Origin: a virus
Taxonomy: Duplodnaviria > Caudoviricetes
Length of the DNA: 44,340 nt
Direction: 5' to 3' (one strand)
Virus record (IMG/VR): IMGVR_UViG_3300020045_011225
Coordinates: 1-44,340 of that record
Position 1 is the first letter of the stretch. Every line of letters begins with the position of its first letter. The notes below the pieces were generated by a model. The model was not told the DNA's origin, did not search any database, and saw only the letters and a program-made list of their open reading frames with translations. Position numbers and translations under genes: made by a program. Positions 38,027 to 44,340 of the stretch are shown piece after piece.

Positions 38027-38361
38027 TTCAAACTCCCCGTAATGCAACCCTTCTCAACCCAAATCATGTTGAGTTGCCCACTGCGCTTCGCCGCTGACTT
38101 CAGTGCAGCGTCATGCTCTAACGCATTGCCGATACCGAAGTCACCAAGGAATGATGCAACGCTGAGTAGGTCAAAGCTGCTTTCATGATCCACTTGCTTC
38201 AAGTAACCATCCACCTTAGCCACTTCGAGGGTAATCTCGCGGCAGGTGAGGATTTGCTTTTCGGCAGGGCTGACTTGCCCTTGGCGGCCATACGATTTGG
38301 TGGCGCAGCCGGTGGTCAATGTGGCAGCAATGAGCAATGTTGCAATTAAGAGTTGTTTCAT
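38023..38361 (-). CDS. Lipoprotein
   Basis: MKQLLIATLLIAATLTTG-C signal peptide and lipobox. Confidence 0.8.
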   Translation of the reverse strand: MKQLLIATLLIAATLTTGCATKSYGRQGQVSPAEKQILTCREITLEVAKVDGYLKQVDHESSFDLLSVASFLGDFGIGNALEHDAALKSAAKRSGQLNMIWVEKGCITGSLK

Positions 38362-38372
38362 GGTCGGTTATC

Positions 38373-38651
38373 CTAATCTTGATTTAAATGGTAGAACTCA
38401 GTTAATTCTTTTAAAATGCTATGCGGGGTGGCGCAACTGTCTCGGTGCAGAAAGTAGAACTTCCCCCGATGAGTGTTAATTTCATGCAAGTGATAAGTTT
38501 CTACAGGTAAATTATCACTGCTAGGGTAATGGTTACATGGTGTCACTCTCGCGGGTGGCATTTGCGTGATTTGAAAAGTTGTATACTTCTCAGGTACAGA
38601 CCGAATTTGACCTGCGGCGATACCGCCAACCACCAATGCTGAAATTTCCAT
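38373..38651 (-). CDS. Hypothetical protein
   Basis: ALVVGG..AGQ motif; GGTGG RBS. Confidence 0.55.
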   Translation of the reverse strand: MEISALVVGGIAAGQIRSVPEKYTTFQITQMPPARVTPCNHYPSSDNLPVETYHLHEINTHRGKFYFLHRDSCATPHSILKELTEFYHLNQD

Positions 38652-38664
38652 GATCACACCACCC

Positions 38665-39717
38665 TTAAAAAAGTACAGTTCGGCAAATTTCGCAAACCGT
38701 ATAGTTACCGGCGCGAACCCGATTACCATGACCCTTCAAGGCGCATGATTCAGCAGAGATCACATATTCGGCATAGGATTTCATTTTCACCACCAATTCT
38801 TCAACAGTGGGTTTTGCCGATTCTCGATATTTGAGAGTAAATGCGTCAGCAGCCATAATTGCCTGAAAGTGAAACTTGGTATAACCACTCATCAATGTTA
38901 CATCCCCAGCACGAACTACCCACTTGTAAGGGAGGTCTGGTTTTTCATTCGATTCAAAAACACTTACCCGATAATCGTCAACCTGCGTTGCAGGGGTAGC
39001 CCAATCCAGCGTGTCTTCAGTAGGTGGTTTTGGTGCAGCTGGATCAGCCGCTTTCAGGTCATCGTCGGTGTAACCCACATCACCAAACTCACCTACTAAG
39101 GGTGCAGGTGCTGCGGATTGATCAACCGCACCAAAACCCACAATATGTTTCCGCAATTCAGAAATAGTTGCTTCGTTTGCACGCAATTTCAAATATTGCT
39201 TTTCATTGGCGTTTGCGAGGATCACACAATCCTTTTCAAGTTTTTCAGCCTTAATGCCCAATTGCAGCATCACGCCCATTGGTGAATCGCAATCAATTTT
39301 GTGGATTTTCGCTAACTGATGTGCGACGGTGCTGAGTTCATGCAATTCAGTAGCTTTAGGATTTAGGATTGGTTTGGTGGCAAAACCACCTTTAAAACGT
39401 TGACTACTTAACGCTTTTGATAATGCTGCGAAGGCTTCTTCGGCCAAGGTAAGACGTTGTTCAACACCTTGGGTATGTGCGGGGTTTGCTTCAGAAACCG
39501 ATTGCTGTGTTGAGTGGTAGATTCTCAGAATTTCAGTACCACTGTTGGTTAAGGTGTAAGTGTTTATGTAGTGATTTTTACGTGTCAAATTGGCAAGGCA
39601 CAAATCTTGAATCACAATAATATCTTCAATATCGTTAGGTCGTTCAACCATACCGTTTGAGATTAATTGGAGCATCTTGATACGGTTAGGGGTGAGTGTG
39701 AATGCTTGCATGGTCAT
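38665..39717 (-). CDS. Hypothetical multi-domain protein (wHTH-like N-terminus, coiled coil, C-terminal Cys/His cluster)
   Basis: LTPNRIKMLQLI...YTLTNSG; CALKGH...CEIC. Confidence 0.7.
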   Translation of the reverse strand: MTMQAFTLTPNRIKMLQLISNGMVERPNDIEDIIVIQDLCLANLTRKNHYINTYTLTNSGTEILRIYHSTQQSVSEANPAHTQGVEQRLTLAEEAFAALSKALSSQRFKGGFATKPILNPKATELHELSTVAHQLAKIHKIDCDSPMGVMLQLGIKAEKLEKDCVILANANEKQYLKLRANEATISELRKHIVGFGAVDQSAAPAPLVGEFGDVGYTDDDLKAADPAAPKPPTEDTLDWATPATQVDDYRVSVFESNEKPDLPYKWVVRAGDVTLMSGYTKFHFQAIMAADAFTLKYRESAKPTVEELVVKMKSYAEYVISAESCALKGHGNRVRAGNYTVCEICRTVLF

Positions 39718-39735
39718 TTTCCTTTTAAGGTGGTG

Positions 39736-40050
39736 TTACATTTCACGTGTGATGGTTGCTGTGACCACTACATGCCCATCGCCGTGTGGCGTGGATGAGG
39801 TGACGATCTTAAACTCGCGGTCAGGGTGTGCGTTTTGTGCGCGGAACTTGGCGCTGCGGTAAGTCACGGCCATTCGGTTTTTCACCGCAGTAACCGCAGC
39901 GGCAACGCCGCTGGTCAATTCAACCAACTCACTGCGAATCAGGTATTCACCGACTTCAAGCGCAAGTGTTAGGTTGGTACTTGAGACTGTGCGCTCTTGG
40001 GGGTTCAGTGTTTCAGTATTGCTAGTTGAGGTTTGCGCTGCTTCAGTCAT
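39736..40050 (-). CDS. Hypothetical protein, first gene of the leftward transcript
   Basis: Starts ~35 nt downstream of the leftward promoter. Confidence 0.7.
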   Translation of the reverse strand: MTEAAQTSTSNTETLNPQERTVSSTNLTLALEVGEYLIRSELVELTSGVAAAVTAVKNRMAVTYRSAKFRAQNAHPDREFKIVTSSTPHGDGHVVVTATITREM

Positions 40051-40087
40051 GGGGTATCTCAGTTAAGTGGGTTGGTTGATGAGTTGT

Positions 40088-40116
40088 AATGTAGCGCAAC
40101 TGTTTGACTGTTGCAA
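40088..40116 (-). promoter_or_regulatory. Leftward sigma70-like promoter with embedded palindrome
   Basis: TTGCAA-17-TACATT; upstream AACTATTTT AT-rich element. Confidence 0.75.
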
Positions 40117-40151
40117 GTGATATTTTGAAAATAGTTTTAAATAAGTTTAGG

Positions 40152-40180
40152 TTGACGGACTTGCTGCGATCAGCGATATT
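40152..40180 (+). promoter_or_regulatory. Candidate rightward promoter for the sRNA
   Basis: TTGACG-17-GATATT. Confidence 0.5.
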
Positions 40181-40186
40181 GAGTGG

Positions 40187-40319
40187 GTGATTGCGGCCTA
40201 GGCGTATCGCGGTGTTTACTTGGTCGTTTTCTCCGCGTTGTCAGCCACGCCGCAATCACAACTCTCCATTGGTATTCTCTAACCCCGAACTCATTTAGCG
40301 ATGATCGGGGTTTCTTTTT
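40187..40319 (+). ncRNA. Candidate small structured RNA
   Basis: GTGATTGCGGC/GCCGCAATCAC 11-bp stem enclosing CGCGG/CCGCG; C/U-rich linker; terminator; upstream promoter. Confidence 0.5.
40281..40319 (+). terminator. Intrinsic terminator
   Basis: AACCCCGA(AC)TCAT-loop-ATGATCGGGGTT-TCTTTTT. Confidence 0.7.
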
Positions 40320-40365
40320 GTCCAGCACCAGCGCAATGCCGGTTTGCAGTAATTCGGATTTTCAA

Positions 40366-40447
40366 TCAAATAATTTTCGTGAAATTTTTGGAAAAAGGCG
40401 TGGCGGCCAAGTAAGCGGTTGCCGTTTTTCCGTCAAATAATTTTCGT
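40366..40447. repeat. 15-bp direct repeats flanking an imperfect inverted repeat
   Basis: TCAAATAATTTTCGT at 40366 and 40433; GGAAAAA...TTTTTCC at 40390-40431. Confidence 0.85.
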
Positions 40448-40519
40448 AGGAATTTTGAACTAGGGCAACATCTTGAAGTAAGGAAATCCGGTTTTGCAAC
40501 TCAGTTGCATTTAGCTAGT

Positions 40520-40586
40520 GGGGCTGGCCGGTTGGCGGGCTGGCCGGTTGGCGGGGCTGGCCGGTTGGCGGGGCTGGCCGGTTGGC
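40520..40586 (+). repeat. Four tandem G-rich 16-17-bp units GGG(G)CTGGCCGGTTGGC
   Basis: Units start at 40520, 40537, 40553 and 40570. Confidence 0.95.
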
Positions 40587-40643
40587 CGTATTTATTTTTA
40601 CGTATATAAGTACAACTATTTTAAAATTATTTACAGAAAGTGC

Positions 40644-40673
40644 TTGCAACGTGTGAACCATTGCGCTTATACT
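40644..40673 (+). promoter_or_regulatory. Rightward early promoter 1
   Basis: TTGCAA-18-TATACT; upstream AACTATTTT. Confidence 0.75.
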
Positions 40674-40713
40674 GCACTCACTTAATCAAACAACGCAACA
40701 AAGGGGTTTTACC

Positions 40714-40926
40714 ATGGCGAACGTACAACGCGACCCAAGTTTTACCGATGGCGCTTTCACTGGTAATTTTTACATCGTAAACACTAAGACTAATTTAGCT
40801 ATTCAATCTGAACGCACAAATGGTAAGGCGTGGAATGAAGTTAACTTTCTGAATGATTTAGAAAAAACTATTGCATTAGAAAGCAATACAACACCAATTA
40901 ATTACACTGTTATCGAGGGGATTTAA
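40714..40926 (+). CDS. Early hypothetical protein
   Basis: AAGGGG RBS; first gene after the promoter. Confidence 0.7.
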   Translation: MANVQRDPSFTDGAFTGNFYIVNTKTNLAIQSERTNGKAWNEVNFLNDLEKTIALESNTTPINYTVIEGI

Positions 40927-40930
40927 TACC

Positions 40931-41407
40931 ATGAAAACCAAACAAAACCACATTAAGGCTGTATTTACTGTAGAAACTTCAAACGGTCTCAATATGTCAC
41001 GCGATAAAGAAACCGCATCATCTTATGTAATTATCGATAAAAAGACTGAGCAGGAAATTGTCAATTGTCGCGTTTACATTGGGCGTAGTAAATCATCTAG
41101 CACGGTTTACGCTTCATTGTGGGTATATGTGGGCGATAAAAAACGCCCTACTGAATGGCACTATGGGAATATTAGCGGCCATGGTAGCGCTGGCGGTTGG
41201 GGGTACGATAAAGAATCGAAAGCAATTGAGCAGGCTATTAATTCAGCGGGCATTGAGTTATATGGGACACCGTATACAAACCGCGATGTTAAAACAGTAG
41301 ATTTTAAGAAACAAGCGTGGATCGGCGGGACAGGTTGTCATGAAGCCGCATTACTAGCAATTGCATATTCCGCAGGATTTAATGATTGTATTTTGGTGCG
41401 TACTTAA
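40931..41407 (+). CDS. Early hypothetical protein
   Basis: SGHGSAGGWGYDKES motif; GAGGGG RBS. Confidence 0.75.
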   Translation: MKTKQNHIKAVFTVETSNGLNMSRDKETASSYVIIDKKTEQEIVNCRVYIGRSKSSSTVYASLWVYVGDKKRPTEWHYGNISGHGSAGGWGYDKESKAIEQAINSAGIELYGTPYTNRDVKTVDFKKQAWIGGTGCHEAALLAIAYSAGFNDCILVRT

Positions 41408-41408
41408 T

Positions 41409-41624
41409 ATGGCGACTAATACAACTTATGCCCTTAATGTGGGCTTACCAGTTATCGGCGTTTCAATTGAAACCGATTTCCACGCTTTACCACTTAGCGC
41501 GGCTAGTGAATTAAGTGCATTGGCGGATTATTGCGGGTATAAACGCCCCAAGAATGCAAACGGATCAAAGGCGCGCTACTTTTGGGCTTATCTACAACGC
41601 GTGAACAAACGGAAAGGGGTTTGA
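41409..41624 (+). CDS. Early hypothetical protein
   Basis: GYKRPKNANGSKARYF motif. Confidence 0.65.
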   Translation: MATNTTYALNVGLPVIGVSIETDFHALPLSAASELSALADYCGYKRPKNANGSKARYFWAYLQRVNKRKGV

Positions 41625-41626
41625 AA

Positions 41627-41884
41627 ATGACTCAAGATGGGGCTTTATTTGTGGGCGATTCAAAGGGGCATATTTACATCAAATACAATGCCGCCGATAT
41701 AGTCGAAACCGAAACGCCAAAGTTTTACAGCGCAACGGGTTACGGGATAAAAATACCAACGGGTAAAAAGTTAAAACATGAGGGGCGGTCATATCGCGTT
41801 TATGTTGCTTGTTTTTCCAATAACGGATCAGCCTACATTATCAAACGCGGTAAGCGTTATCTGATTACGGAGGTTTGCGAGTGA
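41627..41884 (+). CDS. Early hypothetical protein
   Basis: ATGYGIKIPT...RVYVACFSNNGSAYI motif; AAGGGG RBS. Confidence 0.7.
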   Translation: MTQDGALFVGDSKGHIYIKYNAADIVETETPKFYSATGYGIKIPTGKKLKHEGRSYRVYVACFSNNGSAYIIKRGKRYLITEVCE

Positions 41885-42132
41885 TCAGCCTTTTCTATTT
41901 TCTGGCAGCGTGCGCAATCCAGTTTAGCCAGTACACAACTTTCCTCAATTTTGTAGCGTTCGCTATATTTTGCGGTATGGCTTGCATCTCAACCGATTTG
42001 CATTTTAAGCCGTGTTTAGGCGCTTCAGTGTTGGGTTTGGTATTGCTGTTTTTCGTACCCTGGTTTTATGGGGTTTTATTGTGGCTAGTCGTGTCAGGGC
42101 TTGACGCGGGTATTCGGGGGAAAATTCAATAA
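41881..42132 (+). CDS. Early multi-TM membrane protein
   Basis: Strongly hydrophobic; GGAGG before GTG 41881. Confidence 0.6.
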   Translation: MISLFYFLAACAIQFSQYTTFLNFVAFAIFCGMACISTDLHFKPCLGASVLGLVLLFFVPWFYGVLLWLVVSGLDAGIRGKIQ

Positions 42133-42161
42133 TAGCCAACTATGAAACTAAGCAAACACAC

Positions 42162-42189
42162 AAGGCCGCATATTGCGGCCTTTCTTTTT
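42162..42189 (+). terminator. Intrinsic terminator
   Basis: AAGGCCGCA-TAT-TGCGGCCTT-TCTTTTT. Confidence 0.85.
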
Positions 42190-42209
42190 AACTATTTTAC
42201 AGATAACAC

Positions 42210-42238
42210 TTGCAACGTGTAACGCGTTGCACTATACT
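42210..42238 (+). promoter_or_regulatory. Rightward early promoter 2 with perfect TGCAAC-N9-GTTGCA palindrome
   Basis: TTGCAA-17-TATACT; upstream AACTATTTT. Confidence 0.8.
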
Positions 42239-42275
42239 GACTTATCTAAACGAAACGACCAAAGCGAGTTACAAA

Positions 42276-42413
42276 ATGTTGATCATTGAACTGGATGTTA
42301 CCAAAGCTGAATTACTGGATTATGCCAAAACGTTTGGCGTTCGTGCTGCTGCTGAGTTGGCCGCGTCTGTTGGCTTGCCTTGCGGGATTGCCCGCGCTTG
42401 GTTGTTGGGATAA
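42276..42413 (+). CDS. Small early protein, 45 aa
   Basis: First ATG downstream of promoter 2. Confidence 0.55.
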   Translation: MLIIELDVTKAELLDYAKTFGVRAAAELAASVGLPCGIARAWLLG

Positions 42414-42424
42414 GGGGTTACATC

Positions 42425-42598
42425 ATGTCATTTCAACATAGCTCACATAAAAACTATATCGCACAGTTTAAAATTGTGAATAAATCAGGACGGAAAATTG
42501 CATATTCTGCAAATCAGGAAACCGCGCAAACAATCGCAAAACAAGGGCGAAACCGTATTGTTTTGCAATGGAATCATTTAAAAAACCGCTACATTTAA
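42425..42598 (+). CDS. Small early protein
   Basis: AAGGGG RBS. Confidence 0.6.
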   Translation: MSFQHSSHKNYIAQFKIVNKSGRKIAYSANQETAQTIAKQGRNRIVLQWNHLKNRYI

Positions 42599-42612
42599 TA
42601 AGGGGTTAAATA

Positions 42613-42969
42613 ATGGCTGAAAACTATATTGCAGGTTGTGCGCATATTGCGCAATCAATTCAAAAATCAAAACTATTTGCATCACACTACATTGATTTAT
42701 TGGGTGATGAATCCGCTAGATGTGCCGAGGTAGGTATTAAACCTAACAAAATGCCAAATCTAACAATTAAAACTGTTGGTTCAGTAGGGAATTACGAAAA
42801 CATTGAACCAATTATTCGCGGCTTAGATTTAACATGGTTACAAATTAATAGCTTAAGCCCATACGGTGTTTATCATAGTGCAATAGCATTATACGGTGAT
42901 AGGCATTGGGTAACTAGAGATCAATCTGGAGCTTTATTCTTGCACATTTTCAATGTATCTTTTATTTAA
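42613..42969 (+). CDS. Early hypothetical protein
   Basis: AAGGGG RBS. Confidence 0.65.
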   Translation: MAENYIAGCAHIAQSIQKSKLFASHYIDLLGDESARCAEVGIKPNKMPNLTIKTVGSVGNYENIEPIIRGLDLTWLQINSLSPYGVYHSAIALYGDRHWVTRDQSGALFLHIFNVSFI

Positions 42970-42980
42970 AGGGGTGGATA

Positions 42981-43574
42981 ATGTCAAAAATTATTACTAA
43001 GCAATTCGAGGTTTTCACATTCTCAGAATTGAGCGAAACCGCAAAAGAGAAAGCGCTAGATAAAGCACGTGAAAACGTAGAATTTGATGATACTTCTGTA
43101 ATTGAAGACTTTAAGACAATTTGCGGCCTAATCGGTATTGACGTGGATCAGGTTTATTACTCGGGGTTTTCTTCACAAGGTGATGGCGCAAGTTTTATGG
43201 GCAAGGCGCAATATGCAAAGGGCGCGGCCAAAGCTTTAAAAGATTATGCGCCTACCGATACCGATTTGCACAGTTTAGTTGATCAATGGGCGGAATTTCA
43301 AAAGCGCAATTTTTATAAATTGTCTTGCGATATAACGCAGACTGGCAACTATTACCACGAAAATACAATGCGCTTCCAATGGTATAAAGATGGTGAATAT
43401 TGGGGGGATCAGAAAGACGGGGAAGCTATTTTAAAAGGTTTCGCACAATGGTTATATTCCCGCTTAAGTAAGGATTATGATTATCAAACATCTGAAAATG
43501 CAATTATTGCGTCATTTGGGTATAACGATTGTGTTTTTCTTGAATCGGGTAAACCATATACGGGGAGTTTATAA
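42981..43574 (+). CDS. Conserved mobile-element protein, resembling the family often labelled 'antitoxin of toxin-antitoxin stability system'; function unproven
   Basis: FSELSETAKEKA, YSGFSSQGDGASF, YAPTDTDLH, QKRNFYKL, YYHE and YDYQTS motifs. Confidence 0.75.
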   Translation: MSKIITKQFEVFTFSELSETAKEKALDKARENVEFDDTSVIEDFKTICGLIGIDVDQVYYSGFSSQGDGASFMGKAQYAKGAAKALKDYAPTDTDLHSLVDQWAEFQKRNFYKLSCDITQTGNYYHENTMRFQWYKDGEYWGDQKDGEAILKGFAQWLYSRLSKDYDYQTSENAIIASFGYNDCVFLESGKPYTGSL

Positions 43575-43575
43575 A

Positions 43576-43821
43576 ATGACACGCTTTCACGATTCTCGTT
43601 TTACTATATCAAAACAATTTTGCGGCTATTCAAAAGCTAAACACGTCTTATTCTATTGTGGCGTTTTTCTTGCGCCGTTTGATACATGGCAAGAGGCAAG
43701 CAGTGCGCTCATTGCGGCAGTTAGTTTGCACAATAAATACTTGCTCTTAAATGAATCGACGCAAAAGGGTTTAGGCGTGGACTTTGTCACATGGTACAAA
43801 TCACAACAAGGGGCTGTATAA
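43576..43821 (+). CDS. Early hypothetical protein
   Basis: GGGGAG RBS; FCGYSKAKHVLFYCG. Confidence 0.6.
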   Translation: MTRFHDSRFTISKQFCGYSKAKHVLFYCGVFLAPFDTWQEASSALIAAVSLHNKYLLLNESTQKGLGVDFVTWYKSQQGAV

Positions 43822-44000
43822 TGTTTACCTTTACTTATGATCCATTTCATTTTTGGCAATGTGAGGGCGGTTTCCTGCTATCGAATGAAAATACTAAAAA
43901 GCTTTACAGCTACAAAAGCATAGATGAAGCGATTAATTCCCTATATGTAGCAGGGTTCAAAGATGCAGCACGCGCATTGAATAAAGCCAAACCACAATAA
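43821..44000 (+). CDS. Early hypothetical protein
   Basis: AAGGGG RBS; TAATG coupling. Confidence 0.6.
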   Translation: MFTFTYDPFHFWQCEGGFLLSNENTKKLYSYKSIDEAINSLYVAGFKDAARALNKAKPQ

Positions 44001-44025
44001 GACAATCAGCCACACCCTATTACCT

Positions 44026-44048
44026 AAGCCGCCATTGTGCGGCTTTTT
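44026..44048 (+). terminator. Intrinsic terminator ending the early operon
   Basis: AAGCCGC-CATTGT-GCGGCTT-TTT. Confidence 0.8.
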
Positions 44049-44239
44049 CGTTTTTGCCGTTTAAACGCTTTCTAAGGCGTTTTGACTGGTATCAAGCTGT
44101 CTTGACTTATCCAACAGTAGCGCATTGTCAACAAAAGCAATTGCGTGCTGTAAAACCCACATCATAACATCGCGTTATAGCGGTGTTTCCGTATTACCCC
44201 ATCACATTCACCAGGTTTTACCGTGTTACATGGGCTTGA

Positions 44240-44340
44240 TCGGCACATCTAGCGGATTCATCACCCAATAAATCAATGTAGTGTGATGCAAATAGTTTTG
44301 ATTTTTGAATTGATTGCGCAATATGCGCACAACCTGCAAT
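44240..44340 (-). repeat. Exact inverted copy of 42628-42728 (at least 101 bp, runs to the window end)
   Basis: Base-by-base reverse-complement match from ATTGCAGGTTGTGCGC to AGATGTGCCGA. Confidence 0.95.

Noticed and set aside
40181-40268. Hairpin ending in TCCA as a tRNA
   Set aside because: No cloverleaf, T-loop (TTCRA) or D-loop; it folds as a single rod
40183-40440. 85-aa ORF in the switch region
   Set aside because: No RBS, runs through a terminator and repeats; better explained as structured non-coding DNA or RNA
40520-40586. Tandem array as a CRISPR array
   Set aside because: Units are contiguous with no spacers, too short, and no cas genes are present
44049-44239. cos / genome terminus
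   Set aside because: The position is plausible for a Chi-like genome end, but no recognisable cohesive-end sequence could be identified

Overview
About 44 kb of a tailed dsDNA phage with siphovirus architecture. Gene order and content resemble Chi/BcepNazgul-like (Casjensviridae-type) phages of Proteobacteria. The + strand from 1 to ~27.5 kb carries the late module: the end of a lambda-GpA-type terminase, gpW, portal, S49 protease with a nested scaffold, decoration protein, major capsid, connectors, tail tube, an inserted free-standing nuclease, a tail chaperone with a GGGAAAG -1 frameshift, tape measure, tail-tip proteins, a large adhesin, a lysis cassette with an M23 endolysin and two-component spanin, and a beta-helix protein. 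At 27.6-29.2 kb sits a self-contained cassette: an RHH regulator divergent from a Gly-rich/coiled-coil/Q-N-rich protein and a partner. From 29.2 to 40.05 kb a - strand block encodes small genes, a DEDDh exonuclease, a dNMP kinase, RdgC, a P-loop/MazG fusion and a lipoprotein. The 40.05-40.7 kb non-coding switch region holds divergent sigma70-like promoters with a shared TGCAAC-N9-GTTGCA-type palindrome, a candidate ~130-nt sRNA with anti-RBS segments, direct repeats and a G-rich tandem array. The 40.7-44 kb + strand block is AT-rich small early genes. The last 101 bp are an exact inverted copy of 42628-42728. No integrase, replication genes, tRNA, CRISPR array or reverse transcriptase were recognised. 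All family calls come from motif recognition by eye, not database searches.
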